A stretch of DNA of 64,000 nt, taken from contig NC_043007.1 in assembly GCF_006345805.1 (NCBI RefSeq), positions 40,238,001 through 40,302,000 of the forward strand. The letters run 5' to 3'. A model generated the notes under the pieces. The model made no database searches and was not told the DNA's origin. It worked only from the letters and a program-made list of their open reading frames with translations. Positions 52,867 through 64,000 of the stretch are shown in pieces. How positions within the stretch are numbered: the stretch's first letter is position 1; each line of letters begins with the position of its first letter. This stretch comes from Octopus sinensis. Lineage: Eukaryota. Both the position numbers and the translations under genes were made by a program.

Positions 52867-53910
52867 ACACACAGAAATTAATATATATGTACAAACATAT
52901 GTCATCATTGTTTATTGCCCACTTTTTCATGCTTCCATAGGTCAAATGGTCAAAGCAGATATTCTATGGTCAGATGCCCTTACTGTAACCAACCCTCACC
53001 TGTTCCCAAGCAAAGTAATATTTCTTATCTGATGGTGATGTTCATTTGTCAAAACAAAAGTACACACAAACACACATGTACATGCACACAGATATATATA
53101 GCGAGCTTCTTTCAGTTTTCTTCTGACAAATTCACTCACAAGGCTGTGGTCTGCCCAGGGCCATAGTAGAAGATGCTTGTTCAAGATGCTGTGCAGTGTG
53201 ACTGCACTTAAGAGAACATGATTGGGAAGCATGCTCCTTTTCCACACAGCCATAAAATTTCATTTATACACACAAACACACACATTAATTACAAAAGAAC
53301 AGCAGTTATGTATCCACATTCATAAGCTTATAAATGAAGGCTCAGATGAAGCTGTAAGATGCCACACTAACACTTACCTGTGAGCCACAGTTATTTATGT
53401 CCGAAACAGCTGTTAAGTAATGAACACGATTATATAACTCCTGTTCTTTTGTCACTGATTTATCAATCAATATGACACTCTGTACTTATCTTCTGGTTCA
53501 TTAAGAACTGAAGATGCCAGTGAATTCACACCACCTCACTGCAGGAACTTAGTACAACCATGCATTATATATATATATATACTAAGTAGGGCAATGAACT
53601 AGAAGAATCATTACCTGGCGGGACAAAATGCTAAATAGCATTTCATCCATCCATTCCGAGTTCAAATTCTGCTGAGGTCAACGTTACCATTCACTCTTTC
53701 AAGGTCGATGAAATAAGTACCAGTTACATACTGGAGTCGATGTAATTGATAATACTCCTTCCCTAAAATTTCAGGCCCAGTGCCTATAGTAGAAAGGATT
53801 TTATGTATATATTTAATTCTAGGAATAGATAATAAGTCCTGGTATGACTCATCAGATTTATAAATTACCTATATACTTATTTTTTTAAATATCTATCTAC
53901 ATTTATTTAG

Positions 53911-53945
<35 letters not shown>

Positions 53946-54597
53946 CACACACACACAACTACATACACACATGCTTATATATACATACAGGCACACACAC
54001 ATTTCTTCATAAAAATAACAGGGGGGGGGAGCACAGACACAATACCATAGAGGTGCGGCAGGGAGGGAGAGGAGGGAGGGGAAGAGAGCGGGAGAAGTAA
54101 GTAACTATGACACCACCAACCTAGATCATGTTTTCAAACCCCACCTCTAACCCACACACACACTGTCTTTCACCTGCTCCCCTAACATCCGGTCTATAAT
54201 GTCATATAGATCTTAACCTGCAGAACTGATTGAAACACTGACAGTAGTCACATAGACACTTTTGCAAACTAACAAAGACAAGCAGACATGCATGTACACG
54301 CGCGCACGCACACACACACACAAACATATACAAGTATGCATGAACAGAGGCCCCCCCCCATACACAGACATAGCCTTAGAAACACATACACACACACACA
54401 TACAAACCCCAGAACAAAGATATCTATCTCCTTAGCAATGAGAAAATGTTGCCTGGTGTAGTGGCGGGAAGAGCACAACTATTTAACTGATGTTTATCTT
54501 ATCAAACCTGGCTATACAAATAGCAACTGATTAATGATACTACTACTACTACTACTAACAACAATAATATTATTAATAATAATAATACTAATCACTG

Positions 54598-54982
54598 TCT
54601 TTTTATTTGCCACAAGGACTGATGTAAAAACTACAAAAGAAGCAGAAAACCACTAAGAGGTTTGGAGTGTGTTCACAGATTTATAAGAAAATCAATAAGG
54701 TAACAAACAATGGAAAATGTTACCCATGGAAACCCCACATTTAGCATGGTCACCATGACCACTTCGGCAAGTACCTTCCCCGTTGAGTCCTCCTCCTGTT
54801 TAAAAGAGCATGCTCAGTGTAGGCCCTTTCACTCAGACTATGATAGCCACTAATCACCCACCTTTCAACAAGTTAGCTGGAAGACAAGATCGGCCTCTCT
54901 ATTTTCAATTACATTTTTTGAAGAGAGACCCATCAAAGTTAATGTGGGCTTCACCAAAGAGGACCAATAACACACCTTTCTG
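54598..54982 (-). mobile_element. Possible 3' end of a Tx1/L1-clade LINE
   Basis: Decayed coding-like segment then pyrimidine-rich UTR ending ccttgtggcaaataaaaaga, next to (ATT)/(GTA) repeats; clade from recalled resemblance only. Confidence 0.4.
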
Positions 54983-55109
54983 AAGAAAAAAAAGGTGTGT
55001 TATTCTATATAACTGACCACAGTACTTGACTGGTACTTGATATGATCAACGTTGTGGGGGATGATAGGTAAAGTTAACCATGACAGGATTCAAACTGAAA
55101 TGAGCCCAT

Positions 55110-55159
<50 letters not shown>

Positions 55160-55177
55160 TGTGTTTACATATATATA

Positions 55178-55332
55178 TATGGATCGAGGACTTTTCATCT
55201 AAAACACTTTACTCTAATAATCCTTTCTGTCTTTAGATGAAAATGCTTTTAGACCAAAGTGTCATCAACTAAAGAGGTTTAGACCAAAGTGGTTTAGACC
55301 AAACTGTTTTAGACCAAAGTGTCATATCCCAT
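55178..55332. mobile_element. Small foldback-type MITE with ~15-bp subterminal repeats
   Basis: tatgga...tcccata ends; ttagaccaaa x4; ttttcatctaaa / tttagatgaaaa inverted pair. Confidence 0.45.
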
Positions 55333-55814
55333 ATAAATATATATACGATGGACCGCTTTCAGTTTCTGTCTCCTAAATCCACTCACAAGGCTATAGTAAA
55401 AGACACTTGCTCAAGATGCCATGATGTGGGATGGAACCTAAGATCATGTGGTTGTGAAGTAAACTTCTCACCACAGCCACATATATGCATTATATATATA
55501 TATATATATATACATATATAGACACCCAACAATTTCAACGGTGTAAAGCTACAACTTGAAGTAAAGTGATCTAATAATTATATTAACCCCTGTACTTAAA
55601 TGGTAATTTATTGACCCCCAGAAGAAGGAAAGGAAAGATGACAGGGTTTGAACTCAGAATGCACAGAGAGATGGAAAAAAATGTGGTACAGGATTTTTAT
55701 CCAGCACACAAATGCTTCAGTCAATCCATTGCAATAATATTAATAAAATGGCTTTAGGTGGTAAGTTGGCTGAATTGTTAATGCACCGGGCAAAATACTT
55801 TAAAAAAAATTTTT

Positions 55815-56028
55815 TTTATATGTTTCAGTCATTTGGCTGTGGTCGTACTGGAGCGCCGTCTTAAAGGGTTTTAGTCAAAGAAATTGACCCCAGGACTTAT
55901 TCTTTGTAAATTGAGTACTTATTCTATCAGTCTCTTTGGCTGAACTGCTAAGTTATGAGGACATAAACACACCAACATCGGTTGTCAAGCAATGGTGATG
56001 GGACAAACAGACACAAAAACACGCACAC

Positions 56029-56079
<51 letters not shown>

Positions 56080-56246
56080 CACACACACACACACAACAGG
56101 CTTGTTTCAGTTTCCGTCTAACAAATCTGCTCACAAGGATTTGGTTGACCCAAGGCTATAGTAGAAGACATTTGCCCAAGGTGCCAAGCAGTGGGACTGA
56201 ACTTGAAACAAAGCGGTTGGGAAGCAAGTTTCTTACCACACAGCCA
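55815..56246 (-). mobile_element. Full-length CORE-like tRNA SINE
   Basis: Same family as 16245-16665; internal (TA)/(CA) microsatellite. Confidence 0.8.
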
Positions 56247-56324
56247 CTTGACTGCTACTTTATTTTATTGGTCTCAGAACAATGGACAGTAAAATTGGGA
56301 ACTGATCCTAGAATGTAAGGACCC

Positions 56325-56657
56325 CCTTCAGACATGAATGACCATGGGATTACACCTAGAAAGTTAGCCTCTGAAGCACAAGTCTGGGCAAGGTTGTTTA
56401 CGGAAGACCAGCAGTTCCTCATGCATACCAGCCTCCCCACTTCACACCACCGATTTTATCCTAGGGAAAGGCAAAAGCCGATACAGCTTGGCACCAGTGA
56501 CATTGTTGCAACTCATTTCTACAGCTGAGTGAATTGAAGCAATGTGAAATAAAGTGTCTTGCTCAAGAACACAACACACACCTTGGTCTGTGAATCGAAC
56601 TCACTACCCTTTGATTGTCAGTCAAATTGCTCTAACTACTGAGCTATGCATCTTCAC
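56325..56657 (-). mobile_element. tRNA-derived SINE of another family (possibly Ceph-SINE-like)
   Basis: Minus-strand head tagctcagtagttagagc...gagttcgattc, then tgtgttcttgagcaagacactttatttcac. Confidence 0.6.
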
Positions 56658-57829
56658 AAAAAGTTGTCAACAATAATTAAAACTACATATTCTTCAGCTA
56701 CTTTGTCAATTCAACCATCCCACCTTTATATTACAACATAATGAAATGATACCAATACTGGATGATACAATAGTATTTACAGCAGTATTTATAGTAATGT
56801 TTGTTGATTTTGGCACAAGGCCAGCAATTTTAGGAGGAAGGTGTTAGTAGATTACATCACCGCCAGTGCTCAGCAGGTACTTATTTTATCAACTTTGAAA
56901 AGATGAAAGGCAAAGATGACTTTGGTAGAATTTGTTTCTAGTATGGGTACAATGGCCTGCAAGTTTTGAGAGAGGGGGTTAGAATATACTATACTGTATA
57001 TTTTTAAAAATTACATTTCTCACTAAATACTAACAATTATTACTGGTGCCATGCAGAAGTCACTTGTGCCGGCACCACGTAACAAGTGCCCGTGCTGGCA
57101 CCATGTAAGGACCCAAGCTAGCACCACATAAAAGCACCTGTGCCAGCTTCATGTAAAATGCATCCATGCCTGTGCCATGTAAAAAGTACATGTACTGATG
57201 CCATTTACAAGCACCTAGTACACTCTGTAAAGTGGTTGGCATTAGGAAGGGCATCCAGCCATAGAAATCATGCCAAAACAGACGACTGGTGCCTGGTGCA
57301 GCCCACTAGCTTGCTCGCTCCTGTCAAACCATCCCATCCATGCCAGCTGAGAGAATGGATGTTGAATGATTATGATGATGAAGAATTCTTTTACATGCCA
57401 CAAAAGTGACTAACAATTAGAATAGGAATTTCAAACACAGTGATAATTTATATTTTGGTAGGATGGAGGAAAGTTCATTAAATCACTGACGATATATTAC
57501 TGATAGAAAGAGGAAGGAAAACTAGAAGCTAAAGGAGAGGATATTTCAATTCTGAATATAATAGAGAAGTAACTGAACACTACAAAATAAATTTATCTGA
57601 TATTTTACCACCACCACTACAAAAAAAAAAAAAAAAAATGGTTTCAAATTTTGGTACAAGGCCTGCAATTTCGTGGAAGGGGATAAGTCGATTACATTGA
57701 CTCAGTGCTCAGTTGGTACTTATTTTATCAACCCTGAAAAGATAAAAGGCAAAGTCAACCTCAGTGACACTTGAACTTAAAATGTAAAGAGCCAGAAGAA
57801 ATGTTGCTAAATCATGAACCATCTGTAAT

Positions 57830-60450
57830 ACAAGGAAGTGTAGTAGAGTGGATGACTGAGGGATGAACAACTTTGGTAATGAAAGATCCAAACAAGATCA
57901 AACACCTATCTGTTATGAAAGTTACTAACAGACATTTTTTTCAAAACATAAAGAAGACATACACTCAATTATTGCAGAACAAATTATGAGCTGTTGAAAA
58001 GAAGGAATGTAAGGAAGACTCAAAAGGCATCAAAGACTATCTGATAATTGATAAAATGGTAATAAAGAATTGCAAGTAATGACAGACTAATAATCTGTGC
58101 ATAGTGTAGGTCTGATACAATATGGGGCTTTGTTCTTGGATTGTAGAGTCTCTTAGAATCTCTGGGATAGCAATAAACCTCATCAGAATTCTCAGTGTTT
58201 GTAGGACTGACTAGAAAACAAATTTCATGTTATGTGCAAAATCACTGAGAAGTGTAGATATGAAAAGAGATATCTTCTAGAGTAACTCTTTCTCTTTTGT
58301 GATTTATTATAAAAAAAAAATTACCAATCATTAACATAGAAAAGTCAACATGGACTACAAGGTAGGGTGACATGTATCCTCTATCAATCACCTATTTTTC
58401 ATGGACGAAGCCAAGATGCTTGCAGAGTTTGAAGAATTGTTAATACAGCAGATATGTTAGTTTGTTAAGGTTATTCCTATAGATATTCTATAGAAATTAT
58501 AGCCAGCATTGATTTTTGCTACAGTGTTTCGTATATGAGATCGAAGATGAAGAACGGGTAATGGGCACATATGCCATATTTCGGGGGGAAGTTTGCCCCT
58601 TCATCAGCACCCACCTAACCCATTAATCATCCTTGAATGCACTGCTTAAATAGCCACCACACATAGTGGTGTAAAGATACAGGGAGATTGGAATGGAATC
58701 TGGTATATCAAAATGTGTGATTTTAGCCATGAAGAGAGAGAAGAGGGTCAATTCAAATAGAATAAACTTACCGAACAAACGGATTTTTAGAACCTGATAA
58801 CAATGAATACAAGTATCTGGGCAAACAGGAACTTGTTGATATTATGCATAAGGAAATGAAAGAAAAGTGAAAATAACATGTTTGAAAAGCTAAAAACTTA
58901 TACTGAAGTTCTAACTTAATTCAAGGAATTTGATAAATGCAATCAACAAATGAATAGTTACCGTCCTGCATTATAGTGCTAGAATAATGAATTAGATGAA
59001 AGTTGAAATAGATTAGTAAAATGAGTAAAACTAACTCCGCATGGAGTACTACATTTGATGGCAAAGGTCAATCATTTACACATGAAACATAAGATTATAG
59101 AATGTGGATGTATTAACATTTCTGATCATGTGAATGGATCACAAAGATCGGTAAGCCACTACCTTGCAAAGGGTAAAGAAGAACTAATTAAATATACTGT
59201 AACATTACTAGGATTTAGTTATACTGAACTCAAAGAAAAGAGAGGCTATCAAAGAAGGGTAAAATGTGAAAGAAAGGAAGCAGAAGAAAGAAATGCAGTT
59301 ACATGGACAGTTCCATGGAGACACCAAAATGTGAAAAATCCTGATTCATCACAAAGATAGCTTGAGAGAGGAGACTTTAAGAAAGAAACAGAATTTGTTG
59401 GTGACTACTTGAGATGAAGCTCAGAATGTTAATTCAACTTTAAACCCTATGTTCACAAGCAAGGATATTTATTCCACCACTTCAATAGTCAATGCCACCG
59501 ATGTAATCACCAGATGGAAAATACTGGCCATATTGCAGCAAGCTGCAGAATGTTAGCTCAGAAAGAATACAAGCAACAATGCAACAAGGCTAAACTCAAT
59601 TTTCACTGGTCTCTTTGTGAAATATATGGATACATCACTTCAGACAGAGACGTCAGCCATTTAATTTACACATGAAACAGAAGAGAGAGAGAGAGAGAGA
59701 GAGGATGTATTAACATTTCTGATCATGTGAATGGAACACAAAGATCAGTAAATCACGTCTTTGCAAAGAACGAGGGAGAACTGTTTAAACATGCTGTAAC
59801 ATTTAGAGCTTTTATTAGTACAATGATGTACCAATAAAGGATCTAAATGAACTTGGTAAACCAAAATTCTATGTGATTCTGACATCAGAAAAATTGAATG
59901 CCACAGATCAGATATCTTTTATATACAGCATATTAGGCAGTGAGCTTGCAGAATTGTTACCATATTCGTCAAACTGCTTGGTGATATTTCTTTCAGCTCT
60001 TTACATTCTGAGTTGAAATGCTGCTGAGGTTGACTTGGCTTTCATCCTTTTGGGGATTGATAGAATAAGTGCCAGTTGAGCCCTGGGGTTGATGTAATCG
60101 ACTTCTTCCTCCCTTCAAAATTTTTGGTTTTGTGCCAAAGTCGGAAAGGATTATACATGGCACAGAAAAAGAGAATGCCCCATAATCGACATAGTAATTT
60201 CTTTAGACAAAGACATAGCAAAGAGCTCAAAATAGACTGATTTAAAAATAGAGATATCAAAAATGGTGGGGATATCCAGCAACAAAAGTATTAACTGTAC
60301 CAGTTATCATCAGAGCATCAGGTTTGATTGCCCAGAAAACTACCAAACCATCTGGGACAGTTGGACAGTAAGACAGACATGTAAATGCTCCAAGAAGCTA
60401 ACCGCCTTGGGATAGTTCTTATTTTTTAAAAGCTACTTTCAAAGACATTT
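57830..60450 (+). mobile_element. Degraded R4/Dong-like LINE (RT, CCHC knuckle, restriction-like endonuclease)
   Basis: Decayed motifs in order: KGIKDYLIIDK, INHLFFMDE, GMESGISKC, YKYLG, LNSRNLINAIN, LHGQF, CHRC..ENTGHIAASC..LAQKEYK, TVPVII. Confidence 0.7.
58553..58620 (-). ncRNA. Minimal type I hammerhead ribozyme fold (Penelope-like), probably inactive
   Basis: ugggug-CUGAUGA-AGGGG(caaacuu)CCCCCC-GAAA-UAU(ggc)AUA-U-G-ugccca; stems I-III pair, but position 17 is G. Confidence 0.6.
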
Positions 60451-60539
60451 TATTGAGGCATGACAGTTAACATGAAGAAGGAAAAGCAACAAAAAAAAAA
60501 CAGTATTTTATATTCATGCTGTGCAATGAATTAATAACA

Positions 60540-60954
60540 CTAATCCTTTCTACTATAAGCAAAAGGCCTGAAACTTTGAGGGAAGGTGCAAGTCAGTTAC
60601 ATCAATCCCAGTGCTCAATTGGTACTTATGTTATTGACTCTGAAAGGATGAAATGGTAAAGTTCAACTCAATGGAATTTGAAATGCCCCTAAGCATTGTG
60701 TCCAGAATGCTAATAGTTCTATAAGCTGGTCACCTTCACAACAACAATAATAATAATAAGTAATAATAATCTTTTCTCCTATAACCACAAGGCCTGAAGT
60801 TTGAGAGGAGGGGACTAGTGGATTACATCAACCCCAGTATTTCACTGGTATTTAATTTATCAAACTTGAAAGGATGAAAGGCAAAGTAGACCTCAGCAAA
60901 ATTTGAACTCAGATTGTAAGGACGGATGAAATGTTGCTAAGCATAATAATAATA

Positions 60955-60991
<37 letters not shown>

Positions 60992-61160
60992 TAATAAAGT
61001 TTCTGGTTTAGGCACCAGGCCAGTAACTTTGGGATAGGGAGATTAGTTAATAAATCACTGGTACTTTATTTTATCAATTCCAGATAGATGGAAGGCAGAG
61101 TTAATCTTAGCGGGATCTTAACTCAGAGCCTTAAGAACAAGAAGAAATGCCTTAAGACAT
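60540..61160 (-). mobile_element. Array of 3 Meta-like SINEs linked by (ATT)n
   Basis: Same consensus as 19590-21450. Confidence 0.7.
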
Positions 61161-61254
61161 TTTAATTAATATTTAATTACTAGATCAATAATAGTAATTT
61201 CAAGTTAGATAGCATTTTTGGATAAATTCAACTATGCCTGTTTACTTCCTCCTC

Positions 61255-61655
61255 TGCTTCCTAACCACATTGGTTCTGGTTTCAGTCCCACAATGCGACA
61301 CCTTGGGCAAGTATCTTCTACTATAGCCCTGGGCTGACCAAAGACTTGTGAGTGGATTTGGTAGATGGGAACTGAAAGAAGCCCATCATGCGTGCATGCG
61401 TGTGTTTGTGTGTGTGTGTGTGTGTACATGCATCTATGTGTGTGTTTGTGTCTGTCCCCCAGCACTTACACACAACCAATGTTGGTGTGTTTACATCCTC
61501 ATAACTTAACAGTTCAGTGTAAGAGACTGACAGAATAAGGATAAGGCTTAATAAAATAAAAAAGTACTGGGGTCGAATAATTTGAGTAAAATTCTTCCAG
61601 GTGATGCCCCAGCATGGCCACAATCTAATGATTAAAACAGGTATAAGATAAAAGA
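61255..61655 (+). mobile_element. CORE-like tRNA SINE
   Basis: ttcagtcccacaatgcgacaccttgggcaagtatcttctactatagcc ... ccagcatggccac. Confidence 0.75.
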
Positions 61656-62319
61656 TATCCATATATTCAAACATACATACATACAGGCAGTCATATATGT
61701 GTGTGTGTATGTATGTGTGTATGTACATATATATACATACATATATATACATATACACACACACACACATATATATATATGAAACACGTGTGAGTACAAG
61801 AGGCACACAGACAGTCAAGCAGAGGCATGAAGCTTTTTCTTTCATTAAAAATTTGAAGATATATAGCATGAAAAAAACAGAAAACAATAAAAACAGAAAA
61901 ATTAATTGAAATGGAAGAGAGAGAGAGACGAAAGAAGGAAACTTAATGAAGAATGAGGGAAAAAGTAAAACAAAAAGGAATGTAAAAAAAAATGTGAAAA
62001 TTATCTTAATTAGATTACGTGACAATGTGAGGGTAATACAAAATAAGGAAGGTTAACAATTTATAACATTGATAGGGAACTAAAGAGGGGAAGATGATGG
62101 TGAGGGAAGGGTGTGTAATTGACTGAATCAACACCCAAAAGTATTACTGATACTTATTGGAGTGATCAAAAAAAGTCTCTATGTTATAGCTCAAACTGCT
62201 AGAAACAGTAGCCATGTCTCCCTCATATCGCACCATTATCATCATCAACATTTAATGTGCACTTTACATGCCAGCATGGGTTGGATGGCTTGACAGGAAG
62301 TGACCACACCGGGTTCCAT

Positions 62320-62970
62320 ATAATCCTTTCTACTATAGACACAAGGCCTGAAATATGGGGAGATGGGGTAAGTGAATTACATCAACCCCAGTGTGTAACT
62401 GGTACTTATTTCATCGACCCTGAAAGGATGAGAGGCAAAGTTAACCTCAGCAGAATTTGAACTTAGAACGTGCAGACAGATAAAATGCTGCTAATCATTT
62501 TGCCCTGCATATTAATGATTCTGCTTGCTTGCTGCCTTAATAATAATAATAATAATAATCCTTTCTATTATAGGCACAAGGCCTGAAATTTTGGGGGATG
62601 GGGCTAGTCAATCACATCGACCCCAGTACTCAACTGGTACTTATTTCATCAACCTTGAAAGGATGAAAGCAAAGTCAACTGCAGCAGAATTTGAACTCAG
62701 AACATGCAGACAGACAAAATGCTGCGAAGCATTTTGCCTGGCGCGCTAACAATTCTGCCGGCTCACCATCTTAATAATAATAATAATCATCATAACAATG
62801 GTTTCAAATTACATCGATCCCCAATGTTTAACTGGTACTTATTTTATCAACTTCACAAAGATGAGAGGCAAAATTGACATGATAGAATTTCAACTGAGAA
62901 CATAAATGACAGGTGAAACACTGCTAAGCATTTTGCCCAGGGTGCCAACAATTCTACCAGCTCCCTACAG
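62320..62970 (-). mobile_element. Array of 3 Meta-like SINEs linked by (ATT)n
   Basis: Same consensus as 19590-21450. Confidence 0.75.
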
Positions 62971-63768
62971 TAGTAGTAATAGTAGTAGTAGTAGTAGTAA
63001 CAATACATAAATGGGTACAAATGTTGCTGGTATGTATGTGGTTTAGCACCTTTACCAAATCTGCTTTTCACACTGGCCAAACGAAAATTAACAAAATCAT
63101 GAAACAAGAAATATTAAAAACTATTTGAATAGGAGTTGTTATTTTTCTTTCACCTACCTGTTGATTGTGTCCTCAAAAGGGGCTCATGGCCAGCCTGCAT
63201 GTATATACATGCACTGTGTATATACGTTCACATGCAGGCAGTTCCCCGAAAAAAACAAAAAACAAACACTCATTCAGGAAGATGGTAGGTTGGGAAGGGG
63301 TCAGACTCTGCTCGCGGTGGAAATGAATGTCTGCCTGGTTAGTGCGCCTAGAATGCAGCCAGCCTATCTATCCACTGGCACAAGAGTCAAACTTTACAAG
63401 TACGGCACCAGGACCTGACTGAAGTAACAACACCACCAACAGAGCCATTCGTGAAGGGCAGAGGTGGGAGGAAGACGAAGAGGTTCAGTGGGAGGGGCAG
63501 AGCCCAACCTATGGAGGGAGGGGAAGGGAAGTGGGTTTACTTTATTTAAAAGGCACAAAAAGAAAACAAACAAAAAAAAACAAAAGCAAAACAGACCTTT
63601 CGATTGGATGACTGACGGCTCCTCCACCCTCTTTAATGTACCTCCAGTGTCACCGAAGTAAGTATTCTAGTTGCTGAAGTGGGGGGGATGGGATATTTGG
63701 TGACAGTAGTCATAGCGGTGGGACAGGGAGGGAAGAAAGGAGGGGGGAATACCTAACACTCTCTTGTG

Positions 63769-63812
<44 letters not shown>

Positions 63813-64000
63813 TGTATGTTTGATATTTAAGAAAGAAAACAATATTGAAGGGGGAAAAAAAAAGAACATAAGACAGAAGTAGGAGGAAAGAAAGAGGAGA
63901 GGAAAGAGTGTAGGGAAGCAGTCCTTCAACAACTGTATATGTAAGATTGACTACAACTGACAGCTTCTGTTATACTTATAACTAAATGGTGATATAAACA

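Noticed and set aside
61321-62025. 234-aa hydrophobic ORF
   Set aside because: Translation of low-complexity sequence, microsatellite and a SINE.

Overview
AT-rich, microsatellite-rich animal genomic DNA; the repeat content suggests an octopus (inference). The window lies inside one large minus-strand gene, a golgin TRIP11/GMAP-210 orthologue. I traced 18 GT-AG exons with consistent splice phases from 45169 down to 3217 (5059 nt, about 1686 codons, including a 3257-nt exon). The N-terminal exons and the C-terminal GRAB-domain exons appear to lie outside the window. The introns hold several tRNA-derived SINE families, remnants of RTE, R4/Dong-like and possibly Tx1-like LINEs, mariner fossils and MITEs, piggyBac-like MITEs, Helitron ends, Penelope-type hammerhead remnants and simple repeats. 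Best leads: a candidate internal promoter plus alternative terminal exon that could give a short nested isoform; an extra in-frame cassette exon; a strongly gene-sense-biased SINE family stacked through (ATT)n tails; a dimeric SINE under one target-site duplication (TSD); a ~108-nt hairpin; a minimal hammerhead fold; and a tandemly duplicated Dong-like 3' end in (TAA)n. Exon coordinates were read by hand. Repeat boundaries are approximate and family names come from recall, not database searches. No clearly novel multi-gene system is evident.
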